Counted from the stretch's first letter, positions 9,671 through 20,585 are shown. The stretch: DNA of 64,000 bases from an uncultured virus (IMG/VR IMGVR_UViG_3300032073_002513) (IMGVR_UViG_3300032073_002513), one strand, 5' to 3'. Notes: generated by a model not told the origin, from the sequence alone. Translations and numbers: made by a program.

Positions 9671-10420
9671 ATGGCCACAAATTTTTATTTCCAAAATGGC
9701 GGTGGTATAGGACAAACAGGTGAACAGCGCCTAATAGAAGATCTTATTATCGAAAGTCTTAAAATATACGGACACGATACTTACTACTTGCCTAGAACAA
9801 TAGTAAACAAAGATGATATCTTTGACGAAGATGCTTTGTCCAGATTTACACAGGCATATCCTTTAGAAATGTACTTAGAAAATGTACAAGGGTTTGAAGG
9901 ACAGGGAGATATATTCACAAGATTTGGTATGGAAGTTCGAGATCAAGCAACTTTCGTATTAGCAAAAAGACGCTGGGAAGACATGGTTACAAGGCAAGGG
10001 CCTGATGTATCTAGAAAAGCTAGACCAGTGGAAGGTGACTTAATATATTTTGATAGAACAAAATCCTTATTTGAAATTAAGTATGTAGATTTTCAAAATC
10101 CGTTTTATCAAGCAAATCAAATTTATGTATTTAAATTAACTTGTGAACTGTTCGAGTACAGCTCAGAAGATTTAGACACAGGTATTGCAACAATAGATGC
10201 GATAGAAACAAAATACTCTCAAGATATGTTAGAGTATCAATTTAAAAAGGAAGATGGCGGTTTGTTCTTAAAAGAAGATAGTGGTAGTTTAATTACAGAG
10301 GCATACCAAACATCTGTATCAGAGCCAATTGATAATGCAGACTTTGATAACTTATTAACACTAGAAGGTATACTAGACTTTAGCGAGTCTAATCCGTTTG
10401 GTGAGATAGGAGGCTCGTAA
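9671..10420 (+). CDS. gp14: Neck protein gp14
   Basis: EQRLIEDLIIES, YYLPR, EGDLIY, LDFSESNPFG. Confidence 0.95.
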   Translation: MATNFYFQNGGGIGQTGEQRLIEDLIIESLKIYGHDTYYLPRTIVNKDDIFDEDALSRFTQAYPLEMYLENVQGFEGQGDIFTRFGMEVRDQATFVLAKRRWEDMVTRQGPDVSRKARPVEGDLIYFDRTKSLFEIKYVDFQNPFYQANQIYVFKLTCELFEYSSEDLDTGIATIDAIETKYSQDMLEYQFKKEDGGLFLKEDSGSLITEAYQTSVSEPIDNADFDNLLTLEGILDFSESNPFGEIGGS

Positions 10421-11214
10421 TGTTTAAAGATAAAACATTTTATCACAGTCATATAAGAAAAGCTATCATAGCTTTTGGAACAATATTCAATGATATAAAC
10501 ATTGAAAGAAAGAATTCAGCAGGTGCAATAGCACAAACATTAAGAGTGCCTTTAGCGTACTCTACAAAACAAAAGTTTTTAACTAGGATTGCCAGAGTAC
10601 CAGATACAAGTACAAGAGGGGAAGTAGCACTTACTTTACCTAGAATGGGATTTGAAATAAATGGTTTAAACTACGATCCAGGTAGAAAGGTAGCTCCTAT
10701 AAATAGAACGAGAGTAGTAGGAACGGGAGACGATACTAGTACAGTTAGATCTGTATTTGCTTCTGCTCCATGGAACATGGATTTAGCATTATATATATTT
10801 GCGAAGAACCAAAATGATGGATTAAATATAATAGAACAAGTACTTCCTTATTTTAATCCTGACTTTAATGTAACAATAAACGATCTCCCAGAAATGGGAA
10901 TAAAAAGAGACATAAAAATAACTTTAGATAATGTTAATTATGAAGACGAGTATGAAGGCGAGTTTGCAAACAGAATAAGTGTAATATGGACTTTGAATTT
11001 TACAATGAGGCTTAATTTCTACAGCCATGTAGCTAATGTAGATGTTATTAAACAAGCAGTAATAGATGCATATAATGATCCAGAATTATCACTAGATAAA
11101 GTAGCACTCTCAAGCGGAAGAGCAAGGGTTAAAGCAACAGTTGATCCTCAATCTGCCACACCAGCCGATGAATATAAGTTCTTGGAGGAATTTGATGAAG
11201 CATTCGAAACATAG
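10420..11214 (+). CDS. gp15: Tail sheath stabiliser gp15
   Basis: FYH..IRK..IAFGTIFN, VPLAY, LPRMGFE, EQVLPYFNP. Confidence 0.95.
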   Translation: MFKDKTFYHSHIRKAIIAFGTIFNDINIERKNSAGAIAQTLRVPLAYSTKQKFLTRIARVPDTSTRGEVALTLPRMGFEINGLNYDPGRKVAPINRTRVVGTGDDTSTVRSVFASAPWNMDLALYIFAKNQNDGLNIIEQVLPYFNPDFNVTINDLPEMGIKRDIKITLDNVNYEDEYEGEFANRISVIWTLNFTMRLNFYSHVANVDVIKQAVIDAYNDPELSLDKVALSSGRARVKATVDPQSATPADEYKFLEEFDEAFET

Positions 11215-11692
11215 CGGGTTTGAAGAATTAGATAAGAGCTTTAATACAAAAGAAATAACAAAAGCTTTAGAAACTAATCTTAGAAAAACCGAAGAAGAGA
11301 GAAAACTCCCAGCAGTAGACATGTCAGAAGAAGACAAAGACATTCTACATGCCAAACAACAAGAAGAAGACTTACAATACGCTAGGAGTATGCTTAAACA
11401 GGCAGAGGCATTTAATGCTGAGGCAATAGAAGGCATATTACACATAGCAAGAAACTCAGACCAACCTAGAGCATACGAAGTAGCAGGTGGATTAATTAAA
11501 AATTTACAAGATAATGCTAAAGACATGTTAGATGTACACGAAAGACAAAAAAGAATAACAGATGACGGCACTAAGGGTAAGGGTAATATAAAAACACAGA
11601 ACAACATGTTCGTAGGTAGTACAAAGGAATTACTACAAGCATTAAAAGGCGAACAAGCCAAGTTAATAGAAGGTGAAGTGGACGATGGCTAG
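11195..11692 (+). CDS. gp16: Terminase small subunit gp16
   Basis: DLQYAR, PRAYEV, NNMFVGSTKEL; position before gp17. Confidence 0.9.
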   Translation: MKHSKHSGFEELDKSFNTKEITKALETNLRKTEEERKLPAVDMSEEDKDILHAKQQEEDLQYARSMLKQAEAFNAEAIEGILHIARNSDQPRAYEVAGGLIKNLQDNAKDMLDVHERQKRITDDGTKGKGNIKTQNNMFVGSTKELLQALKGEQAKLIEGEVDDG

Positions 11693-13346
11693 GCCCGAAG
11701 TCACTTCATATCATGGCAATCCTAATCTTAAACCATTAGCATATCAGCACGACTTTACTCAACAAGAGATAGCGGAGTATGTTAAATGCCAAAACGATCC
11801 TAAATATTTTATAGAAAACTATGTAAAAATTGTTACACTAGATCAAGGATTACAACCATTTAAATTATTCGATTGTCAAAAAGGCAAAGTAGATCTCATT
11901 ATGAATGAGAGAAAAGTAATTTTAATGGAAGGTAGACAGCAAGGTAAAACAGTAACAGCAGCTGCGTGTATATTACACTATACAATATTCCAAGAAGATA
12001 AAACAGTAGCTATCATGGCTAACAAAGCCTCAGCTGCGAGGGAAGTATTAAACAGATATCAAATAATGTATGAGAACTTACCTTTGTGGATGCAACAAGG
12101 TGTTAGAGTATGGAATAAGGGTGATGTAGAATTAGAGAACAATAGTAAAGTACTCTCAGCAGCTACAACAGCATCCGCCATTCGTGGTAAATCAGTTAAC
12201 TGGTTGTACATTGATGAGGCAGCAATCATACCTAACAACATAGCAGACGAGTTTTTTACTTCTGTTTATCCTACAATCTCAGCTGGAGAAACAACAAAGA
12301 TCCTACTTACATCCACACCACTAGGTTACAATCACTTCTGGAAGTTCTGGAATGAGGCAGAGAAGAAACAAAATGGCTTTGAACACATGTTCATACCTTA
12401 CTATGAGATACCTGGAAGAGATGAGAAGTGGTTAGAAGAACAAAAAGGACTCTTAGGTGAGGTAAAATTCAATCAAGAGGTAATGTGTGAGTTCTTAGGT
12501 TCAACCAATACTTTAATTAATGCTACAACTATAGGTAGATTAAGTAGTAAACCAGTAGAGTTTACCAATAATGGATTAGATATATACGAAAACCCACAAG
12601 AAGGACATTACTACGCAATGGCATGTGATACTGCCAGAGGTATTGGTGGAGATTACTCTGCCTTTGTAGTCGTAGATATAACACAAATGCCATATAAGGT
12701 TGTGGCAAAATATAGAGATAATCAAATAGCTCCTATGTTGTTTCCAGATGTAATTGGAAAGGTAGGCAGGGACTATAATAATGCTTTTATATTAGTAGAA
12801 GTAAACGATATAGGACAACAGGTAGTAGAAATACTACATCAAGAAGTAGAATATGAGAACATATTAAGCACAGTACAAGAACAGAACAGACAATATGTAA
12901 GTCCTGGCTTTGGTAAAGCAACAAAGTTAGGTGTAACTACTTCTAAACAAGTTAAAAGACAAGGGTGTTTTACATTTAAGTCTTTACTAGAAGAACAAAA
13001 ATTATTGATATTTGATGAGCATATAATACATGAGATATCAACATTTATTGAAAAAGGAAACACATATCAAGCAGATGAAGGTTATCACGATGATCTAGTT
13101 ATGTGTATGGTATTATTTGGGTGGCTGTCTAGTCAAAACTTCTTTAAGGATATGACAGATGTTAATGTTAGAGAAGGACTATATGGACAACAGATGGGAG
13201 AAATTGAAACGAATCTCACACCTTTCATTAGAATAGATGGACAAGAACCCGAAGTAGAAGTTATAGGAGATGATGTCTGGTTATTAGAAGATGAGTATAA
13301 TCCAGGCAACATGCAGAAAAAATTAAGAGATTTAATAAACAGATAA
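11685..13346 (+). CDS. gp17: Terminase large subunit gp17
   Basis: GNPNLK, RQQGKT, YIDEAA, STPLG, HDDLVM. Confidence 0.97.
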   Translation: MARPEVTSYHGNPNLKPLAYQHDFTQQEIAEYVKCQNDPKYFIENYVKIVTLDQGLQPFKLFDCQKGKVDLIMNERKVILMEGRQQGKTVTAAACILHYTIFQEDKTVAIMANKASAAREVLNRYQIMYENLPLWMQQGVRVWNKGDVELENNSKVLSAATTASAIRGKSVNWLYIDEAAIIPNNIADEFFTSVYPTISAGETTKILLTSTPLGYNHFWKFWNEAEKKQNGFEHMFIPYYEIPGRDEKWLEEQKGLLGEVKFNQEVMCEFLGSTNTLINATTIGRLSSKPVEFTNNGLDIYENPQEGHYYAMACDTARGIGGDYSAFVVVDITQMPYKVVAKYRDNQIAPMLFPDVIGKVGRDYNNAFILVEVNDIGQQVVEILHQEVEYENILSTVQEQNRQYVSPGFGKATKLGVTTSKQVKRQGCFTFKSLLEEQKLLIFDEHIIHEISTFIEKGNTYQADEGYHDDLVMCMVLFGWLSSQNFFKDMTDVNVREGLYGQQMGEIETNLTPFIRIDGQEPEVEVIGDDVWLLEDEYNPGNMQKKLRDLINR

Positions 13347-13402
13347 TGTATTTACAACAATATTGTCGTATTTACAAAATTGTAAGTCTAACTTTTGTCA
13401 TG

Positions 13403-13410
13403 TATAAATA
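13403..13410 (+). promoter_or_regulatory. T4-type late promoter
   Basis: TATAAATA upstream of gp18. Confidence 0.8.
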
Positions 13411-13470
13411 GTAGGATGATAATAAAAACTTGTGTCATTCATAAGATAATATAAAACCGAGGAGAAAAAC

Positions 13471-15384
13471 ATGGCATTTCAGCTATCACCAGGTGTTCTT
13501 GTTAGAGAAACAGATCTTACTTCTGTTATTCCAGCAGTAGCTACTTCTATAGGAGCTTTTGTAGGTAATTTCAGATGGGGACCTGCAGGCGAGATCACAA
13601 CAATTAGTACAGAAAACGAACTTGGTGCCAAGTTCGGACAGCCAAATGACGATACAGCAGTTGACTTTTTGACAGCAGCGTCATTCTTGGCTTATGGTAA
13701 TAACCTTCAATTAGTCAGAGCTATTGACGATACCACAGCAACTAATGCTGTAGCATCAGGCTCAGCGACACTAATTAAAAACGATGAAGATTATGACTTG
13801 AACCATTCTACTGGTTCAGGAACTAACGGCATGTGGGCAGCTAAGTATCCAGGCTCTTTAGGAAACTCTCTTAAAGTAGCTATTGCAGATTCCAGTAATT
13901 TTGACACCAACTCTGTTGCGTCAACTACTGTTACAGCAGGTGGATCTAGCTATAGTAGTGCACCAACTGTTACATTTTCAGCTCCGGCTTCAGGTGTTAC
14001 CGCTACAGGTACAGCTACCGTGGCGTCAAATGCAGTTACAGCAATTACTATTACTAACCCAGGTAATGGTTATACCAGCGCACCAACAATTACAATTAGT
14101 GGCGGAGGCGGAACTGGAGCAACAGCTACAGCAACACTTGCAACTGATTGGACATATAAAAATGAATTTGATAGAGCACCACTTACATCTACAAAAGTAG
14201 CAATACAAGGCGGTTCAAACGACGAACTTCACATTGTTGTTATTGACGAAGATGGAGCTTTTTCAGGCGTAATAGGAACAGTCCTAGAACGATTCGCTCA
14301 TGTCTCTAAAGCATCCGATGCTAGAGGACTAGAAGGCGGTTCATTATTTTATAAAGATGTAATTAATTCGCAGTCTAAGTATGTTTACTGGACAGACCAT
14401 CCTGCAGGAGACTCCACATGGGGTAACGCAGCATTAGGTCAAGCATTTACATCAGGATTTACAACAGCAGAAGCAACAGTAAGCCTTTCAGGCGGTGTTG
14501 ATGATGCACCTGACTCAGGTGACTTACAAACAGCTTGGAGCTTGTTTGCAGATGCAGAACAAACAGATGTAAACCTTCTTATAACTGGAGCAATGGGTAC
14601 TACAGACCAAAAGTATGTACAAGATAACATTGCTAAAGTAAGAAAAGATTGTGTTTCATTCCATTCACCAGTACTAGCTTCCGTTGTTAACAACGCAGGC
14701 TCAGAGGTATCAGCCATTACTACAGACAGAGGTAGTTTAGCTGCCACTTCATATAGTTTTATGGACGGTAACTGGAAATACATGTATGATCGTTATAACG
14801 ATGTATACAGATGGATTCCATTAAATGGAGACACAGCAGGTTTATGTGCAAACACAGACGCAGAAGCAGATCCGTGGTTCTCACCAGCAGGATTTAACAG
14901 AGGACAAATTAGAAACGCTGTTAAACTGGCATGGAGCCCTACTAAAACAAACAGAGACGAACTATATAAAATTGGTGTAAACCCAATTATTAATAACCCA
15001 GGAAATGGGATTGTATTGTTTGGAGACAAAACTCTATTAGCAGCACCTAGTGCTTTTGATAGAATTAATGTTCGAAGATTGTTTATTGTATTAGAGAAAG
15101 CAATTTCTACTTCAGCTAAATTCCAATTATTTGAATTTAACGACGCTTTTACTAGAAATCAATTCACATCACTTGTTACACCTTTCTTAAGAAATGTACA
15201 AGGCAGACGTGGTATATTTGACTTTAAAGTAGTATGTAACGAAAGTAATAACACAGGCGAAATAATCGACACCAACCAGTTTGTTGCAGATATTTTCATT
15301 AAGCCTGCTCGTTCTATTAACTTTATTACATTAAACTTTATTGCTACTAGAACTGATGTTAGCTTTGAAGAAATTGGCGGTTAA
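13471..15384 (+). CDS. gp18: Tail sheath protein gp18
   Basis: SPGVLVRETD, WFSPAG, FDRINVRRLF, KPARSINFI. Confidence 0.97.
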   Translation: MAFQLSPGVLVRETDLTSVIPAVATSIGAFVGNFRWGPAGEITTISTENELGAKFGQPNDDTAVDFLTAASFLAYGNNLQLVRAIDDTTATNAVASGSATLIKNDEDYDLNHSTGSGTNGMWAAKYPGSLGNSLKVAIADSSNFDTNSVASTTVTAGGSSYSSAPTVTFSAPASGVTATGTATVASNAVTAITITNPGNGYTSAPTITISGGGGTGATATATLATDWTYKNEFDRAPLTSTKVAIQGGSNDELHIVVIDEDGAFSGVIGTVLERFAHVSKASDARGLEGGSLFYKDVINSQSKYVYWTDHPAGDSTWGNAALGQAFTSGFTTAEATVSLSGGVDDAPDSGDLQTAWSLFADAEQTDVNLLITGAMGTTDQKYVQDNIAKVRKDCVSFHSPVLASVVNNAGSEVSAITTDRGSLAATSYSFMDGNWKYMYDRYNDVYRWIPLNGDTAGLCANTDAEADPWFSPAGFNRGQIRNAVKLAWSPTKTNRDELYKIGVNPIINNPGNGIVLFGDKTLLAAPSAFDRINVRRLFIVLEKAISTSAKFQLFEFNDAFTRNQFTSLVTPFLRNVQGRRGIFDFKVVCNESNNTGEIIDTNQFVADIFIKPARSINFITLNFIATRTDVSFEEIGG

Positions 15385-15387
15385 CTG

Positions 15388-15395
15388 TATAAATA
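15388..15395 (+). promoter_or_regulatory. T4-type late promoter
   Basis: TATAAATA upstream of gp19. Confidence 0.8.
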
Positions 15396-15420
15396 ACTAT
15401 TAAGGACTAAGGAGAAAAAC

Positions 15421-15939
15421 ATGCCTAATATAACACAATTTAAATCAGCATTAGCTGAAGGCGGTGCAAGGCCTAATCAGTTTCGATTGAGCATTCCATT
15501 CCCAAGCGATGTAAAAGACGCAAATCAAACAGACCTGTTATTAGTTAGCGGAGCAGCGTTACCAGCATCAACTGTCAACCCAGTTATTACACAATACAGA
15601 GGTAGGGAAGTTAAATTTGCAGGTGAAAGAATTTTTGATCCGTGGACAATCACAGTAATCAATAATAACGACTTCACATTAAGACGAAAGTTTGAAGAAT
15701 GGATGGACATTATTAATGGTAGAGATGACAACGAAGGTGAAATTGAATGGGATAAATACCAGACAGATATTACTGTAGAACATCTAGACAGAAATGATGC
15801 ACCCTTAACAGGCGGTAAATATGTATTGGTTCAGGCTTTCCCAATTAACATGTCAGAAATTGCATTACAATATGCACAGAACGACATTATTGAGGAATTT
15901 ACTGTAACATTCCAATATCAAACATATACAGCCCAATAA
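15421..15939 (+). CDS. gp19: Tail tube protein gp19
   Basis: GGARPNQF, GREVKFAGER, WTITVIN, IEEFTVTFQY. Confidence 0.95.
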   Translation: MPNITQFKSALAEGGARPNQFRLSIPFPSDVKDANQTDLLLVSGAALPASTVNPVITQYRGREVKFAGERIFDPWTITVINNNDFTLRRKFEEWMDIINGRDDNEGEIEWDKYQTDITVEHLDRNDAPLTGGKYVLVQAFPINMSEIALQYAQNDIIEEFTVTFQYQTYTAQ

Positions 15940-15961
15940 TTGGGACTGAGGATATATAATT

Positions 15962-17557
15962 ATGGACTTATTTGGATTTGAGATCAAGCGGAAGGATAAC
16001 GCAGCGAACGAGAAATCGTTTGTTGCTCCTTCACAAGATGATGCTATTGAAAGCATACGAGCTGGTGGGTATTATGGCACCTACATGGATTTGGAAGGTG
16101 TTGCCCACACAGAGTCGGAGCTTATTAAAAGGTATCGAGACATCGCCGGGATGGCAGATGTCGATACAGCAGTAGAAGATATTATTAATGAATCAATAGC
16201 GCAACTTGAGAATGAATCACCCGTTGAGCTCAACTTAGATGATGTAGATTTATCATCTGCAGTCAGAAAATCAATCCAAAAAGAATTTGAAGAGATTAAA
16301 AATCTCATGGACTTTAAAAATAGAGCCCAAGATTATTATAGACGATGGTATATAGATGGAAAAATATTTTTTCATAAAGTCATCGATATGGAAAACCCTA
16401 AAGAAGGGATCAAAGATATTAGATATATTGATCCAAGAAAAATTAGGAAAGTGCGTGAAGTTAAGAAGGAAAAAAATCCTTCTGGCGTAATGTTTGTTAA
16501 AGCAGTGGAAGAGTTCTTTATCTATAATGATAAAGGAGTTACTTCCAAACCAGGAGCTTATGTAGCACCTGAAAATCAGCAAGGGCTGAAGATAACAAAA
16601 GACGCCATAGCATACGCACCAAGTGGTTTGGTAGATCACGATAAGAATATTGCATTATCGTATCTACATAAGGCAATTAGGCCAGCAAACCAACTTCGTA
16701 TGATGGAGAACGCAGTAGTAATTTATAGAATTACAAGAGCTCCAGAACGAAGAATATTTTATGTAGATGTTGGTAACTTGCCGAAGATGAAGGCAGAACA
16801 ATATCTAAAAGACATCATGGATAGATATCGTAACAAATTAGTTTACGATGCTAACACAGGTGAAATTAGAGATGATAAGAAGTTCATGTCTATGTTGGAA
16901 GACTTTTGGTTACCCAGAAGAGAAGGCGGAACAGGTACAAGTATTGATACATTGCCAGCAGGTCAAAACCTAGGGCAGATAGAAGATGTAGAATACTTTC
17001 AAAGGAAGTTATATCAGTCCTTGAATATACCTGTATCGAGATTAGAACAACAGGCTGGACTAAATTTTGGTAGAGCAGCTGAGATAAATCGAGACGAGAT
17101 GAAGTTTACAAAATTCATCATCAAGTTAAGAAGAAAGTTCTCGGTAATGTTAAGCGATCTTTTAAAGACGCAGCTCTTACTAAAAGGTGTTATGACGGAA
17201 GACGATTGGCATAGTATCAAAGACGATATAGAATTTGAGTTTGCCACAGATGCTTATTACACAGAGTCTAAGGAACAAGAAATTCTTAGAAGTAGAGTAG
17301 AAGTATTAAACGGTCTAGCAGCATACATAGGAACATTTTTTAGTAAGCGTTACATACAAAAGAATGTATTAATGTTAACGGATGAGGAGATTGATACAAT
17401 AGAAACAGAGATTATGGCAGAGCCACAATACAGTAGACAGTATCAATGGAGTCCATTACAAGCAAGTAACCCGGATCAACCGGAACCTGCAGGTAATATA
17501 AGTAATGATGTACCAGGAGAAGGAAACCCTGTTCCTGGACCTGATAATGGAGCATAA
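15962..17557 (+). CDS. gp20: Portal protein gp20
   Basis: WYIDG, YRITRAPERRIFYVDVGNLP, EDFWLPRREG. Confidence 0.97.
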   Translation: MDLFGFEIKRKDNAANEKSFVAPSQDDAIESIRAGGYYGTYMDLEGVAHTESELIKRYRDIAGMADVDTAVEDIINESIAQLENESPVELNLDDVDLSSAVRKSIQKEFEEIKNLMDFKNRAQDYYRRWYIDGKIFFHKVIDMENPKEGIKDIRYIDPRKIRKVREVKKEKNPSGVMFVKAVEEFFIYNDKGVTSKPGAYVAPENQQGLKITKDAIAYAPSGLVDHDKNIALSYLHKAIRPANQLRMMENAVVIYRITRAPERRIFYVDVGNLPKMKAEQYLKDIMDRYRNKLVYDANTGEIRDDKKFMSMLEDFWLPRREGGTGTSIDTLPAGQNLGQIEDVEYFQRKLYQSLNIPVSRLEQQAGLNFGRAAEINRDEMKFTKFIIKLRRKFSVMLSDLLKTQLLLKGVMTEDDWHSIKDDIEFEFATDAYYTESKEQEILRSRVEVLNGLAAYIGTFFSKRYIQKNVLMLTDEEIDTIETEIMAEPQYSRQYQWSPLQASNPDQPEPAGNISNDVPGEGNPVPGPDNGA

Positions 17558-17558
17558 T

Positions 17559-17840
17559 ATGGCAGAAGATAGAACACAAGAAGTTAAAGATTTGGTAGGC
17601 AATATCATAGCTGGTAACAGCGGTGAGGCTCAACAACAATTTAACGATCAGATGGCATCTCGAGCACAAGAGGCGTTAGACGATCAAAAGGCAGGAGTAG
17701 CAGCAGACATATATAATAAACATACTGTTGACCCTGACATGGAACCACAGGGAGTATCATTAGATGATGCACTTGTGGATATAGATCAAGATACAGGGCG
17801 ACCTGTAGAGACAGGAGAAACAAATGGCGAAGACATTTAA
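17559..17840 (+). CDS. Prohead core protein (gp67-like by position)
   Basis: Small acidic ORF directly after the portal gene. Confidence 0.5.
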   Translation: MAEDRTQEVKDLVGNIIAGNSGEAQQQFNDQMASRAQEALDDQKAGVAADIYNKHTVDPDMEPQGVSLDDALVDIDQDTGRPVETGETNGEDI

Positions 17841-18117
17841 AAATTTTAGAGCAGGAGTTATTACCGAAAGTCCTGTTGATGGTGTAGCTAAAGGCTCACT
17901 AGACGGAGATAAACATTTATGTGCATCGAAAATTATGCACAAAGAATGGAACGAAGGTACACCTATTATAGGTGAACACGCAGAACCAGTAGACGGAACA
18001 GTCTCTTGGTATAAAGTAATGTTTGAACACGGTATAGAAACAGTTGAAGTGAATGATCCTAATGTCGAGATCCTTGAAGAAGGACCTCATATGAACCATA
18101 AGAAAAAATCATATTAA
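17824..18117 (+). CDS. Head-module hypothetical protein
   Basis: KTFKNFR N-terminus, HLCASK, WYKVMFEHGIE; RBS GGAG. Confidence 0.6.
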   Translation: MAKTFKNFRAGVITESPVDGVAKGSLDGDKHLCASKIMHKEWNEGTPIIGEHAEPVDGTVSWYKVMFEHGIETVEVNDPNVEILEEGPHMNHKKKSY

Positions 18118-18137
18118 ACTAATTAAAAGGAAATCAC

Positions 18138-18563
18138 ATGGCAGTCACAGTAAATAACTTAAAACTCACCCAAGTCCAGGGTGTAGTATCTGTTAGGGGG
18201 ACTGCAGCAACCGGAACAATTGCTTTAGCAACAACACTAAAGAAATCTACTGAGACGCAAAGCTCCCCAGCAGTCAATATAAAAGGACTACATTGGACTT
18301 TATCTAGCGGAGCTAGCGCTAAGGTTCAACGAAACTCCGTTGTACTATTTGAACTACAAGAAAGTGGTTCATTAGATATGTACGGGTATGCAGAGAACTC
18401 AGAAAACACATCTGATATAGAAGTAGCTATTGCCGGTGGCGATGGCGGTACTGTTATAGTAGATTGTGCTAAAGTTTCTGGTTACGGTTCACAACAACAT
18501 CAAGACGCACCACTAGACACTAATGATTCAGGAAGTGTTTATGACGGTGGATCTTTAGGTTAA
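18138..18563 (+). CDS. Head-module hypothetical protein
   Basis: Beta-rich ORF between gp20 and gp21; ends YDGGSLG. Confidence 0.6.
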   Translation: MAVTVNNLKLTQVQGVVSVRGTAATGTIALATTLKKSTETQSSPAVNIKGLHWTLSSGASAKVQRNSVVLFELQESGSLDMYGYAENSENTSDIEVAIAGGDGGTVIVDCAKVSGYGSQQHQDAPLDTNDSGSVYDGGSLG

Positions 18564-18573
18564 GGAGAAATAA

Positions 18574-19233
18574 ATGAGACTTATTAAAGAATTCAACGAA
18601 AGTATTAACTATCTCACAGAAGATAGTAAAGATCCTAAGAAGCCTAATGTATTCATTGAAGGTGTATTCTTACAATCAGATTTAAAGAACAAAAACGGTC
18701 GTGTATATCCTAAAGAGATTATGCAACGAGAAGTTAACAGATATGTTAACGAATCTGTCAACACTAAAAGAGCTTACGGAGAGTTAGGACACCCAGAAGG
18801 ACCTACTGTAAACTTGGACAGAGTATCTCATATGATAGTTTCACTAAAGGAAGACGGCAGCAATTGGATTGGTAAAGCCAAAATTATGGACACACCAATG
18901 GGTAAAATTGTAAAAGAACTTATTAGCGAAGGCGCTCAACTTGGAGTAAGCTCCAGAGGATTGGGCTCTTTAAAAGAGAGGAATGGCATTAATGAAGTAC
19001 AAGATGACTTTATGCTTGCCACAGCAGCGGATATTGTTGCAGATCCTAGCGCTCCAGACGCTTTTGTATCCGGTATTATGGAAGGAAGGGAATGGGTTTT
19101 TGTTAATGGTAAATGGACAGAACAAGACATAGAAGAAAGCAAGGCAATAATTAACAAGGCTTCTCAGAGAGATTTAGAAGAAGCTAAATTTGCAGTTTTT
19201 AGCAATTTTCTAGATAAACTGTCTAAAATATAA
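18574..19233 (+). CDS. gp21: Prohead protease gp21
   Basis: NKNGRVYP, GELGHP, GVSSRGLGS, DIVADPSAPDA. Confidence 0.97.
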   Translation: MRLIKEFNESINYLTEDSKDPKKPNVFIEGVFLQSDLKNKNGRVYPKEIMQREVNRYVNESVNTKRAYGELGHPEGPTVNLDRVSHMIVSLKEDGSNWIGKAKIMDTPMGKIVKELISEGAQLGVSSRGLGSLKERNGINEVQDDFMLATAADIVADPSAPDAFVSGIMEGREWVFVNGKWTEQDIEESKAIINKASQRDLEEAKFAVFSNFLDKLSKI

Positions 19234-19243
19234 TAGAAATCTG

Positions 19244-19257
19244 TATAAATATAAATA
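19244..19257 (+). promoter_or_regulatory. Two overlapping T4-type late promoter boxes
   Basis: TATAAATATAAATA upstream of gp22. Confidence 0.8.
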
Positions 19258-19304
19258 GTTTATTAGATTATATTAAAATTAAATAATCCTAAGAGGAGAG
19301 TAAC

Positions 19305-20579
19305 ATGGGAGTAGAATCCAAAATCAGAGAACTTCTAGAAGGCAAGTTGCAAGACGATGCTGTAGAAGTACTTGACGAACTAGCGGCAAATCGTCCATTA
19401 GATAAGTCAAGCAATGGAGATGCTAAACCACCCCTACAAGGTAACTCTAATCCAAACCCAGAACAGCAAGACCTTAGTGGTTCAAGCAACCCTGAAGGCG
19501 GATTAACAAGCCCAGTAGGAAAGGAAGCGTCAGCTAAGGCTGGCAGTGCCCCTAGACCTTCAAACTCAGGCGCTGGTAAAGCACCTAACTACAACGATGG
19601 AGAGGCAACTCAAAGCGTTGTAGCACAATCTAGCTCTAAAGGTAATGTACATCAAGAAGAAGTCGAAGAGACTGAAGATGAAGTACTAGAAGAAACACCT
19701 GAAGTAGCAGACGAAGAGATTGTTGCAGAGGAAGAAGTAGTCGAAGGCGAAGAAGTAGAATATGTTGAAGAAGGCGAAGAAGAAGTTATTGCTGAATCTG
19801 AAGAAGACGAAGTAGAAGCATCTGAAGAAGAATCAACAGAGGAAACTTTATTCGAAGAGGACATTGCTAACTTGTTCGCGGACGAGGAGCATCTTTCAGA
19901 AGAATTTAAAACACAAGCAGCTTCATTATTTGAGGCATCGGTTGTGGCCAGAGTCAATCAACAAATGGAATCCATTGAGGATGAGCTTGTTGAGGAAGCC
20001 AATAAGGCTTTTGATGAGGCAAAAGAGAAGCTCGTAGAAAATGTAGACAAATACCTCAGTTATGTAACTGAGCAATGGCTTAAAGAAAACGAGCTAGCTG
20101 TTGAGAACGGCTTACGCAACGAAATTACTGAATCATTCCTTAACGGTATGAGAGAAGTATTCAAAGAACATTATATTGATGTTCCTGAAGAAAAATTCGA
20201 TGTGTTGGCAGAACAACAGTCTGAAATTGATGAGTTAAAATCTAAGTTAAACGAAGAGATTAACAAGTCAGTTGCAATCAGCGAAGACAGAGAACAACTA
20301 CAAAAGGAAAAAGTTTTCCGTTCCGTGGTTGACGATCTAGCTGAAACTGAAGTGGAGAAATTCGCAGGTTTAGTCGAAGGAATTAATTTCGACGGCGAAG
20401 ACAAGTATATTTCAAAACTAAATGTTATCAAGGAAAATTATTTTCCTAAAGCGAAAGCTGATGATAGTGATAAGCTAGAAGATAGCGTTGATCAGGGAAC
20501 TTTAACAGACAACACCGTGATGAGTAGATATGTACAAGGTATCTCTCAAGCAGCGAAGTTTGATAAGGTTAAAAATTAA
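19305..20579 (+). CDS. gp22: Prohead scaffolding protein gp22
   Basis: Highly acidic; LSEEFK..A..LFEA, VDKYLSYV.EQW..EN; between gp21 and gp23. Confidence 0.92.
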   Translation: MGVESKIRELLEGKLQDDAVEVLDELAANRPLDKSSNGDAKPPLQGNSNPNPEQQDLSGSSNPEGGLTSPVGKEASAKAGSAPRPSNSGAGKAPNYNDGEATQSVVAQSSSKGNVHQEEVEETEDEVLEETPEVADEEIVAEEEVVEGEEVEYVEEGEEEVIAESEEDEVEASEEESTEETLFEEDIANLFADEEHLSEEFKTQAASLFEASVVARVNQQMESIEDELVEEANKAFDEAKEKLVENVDKYLSYVTEQWLKENELAVENGLRNEITESFLNGMREVFKEHYIDVPEEKFDVLAEQQSEIDELKSKLNEEINKSVAISEDREQLQKEKVFRSVVDDLAETEVEKFAGLVEGINFDGEDKYISKLNVIKENYFPKAKADDSDKLEDSVDQGTLTDNTVMSRYVQGISQAAKFDKVKN

Positions 20580-20585
20580 CATTTT

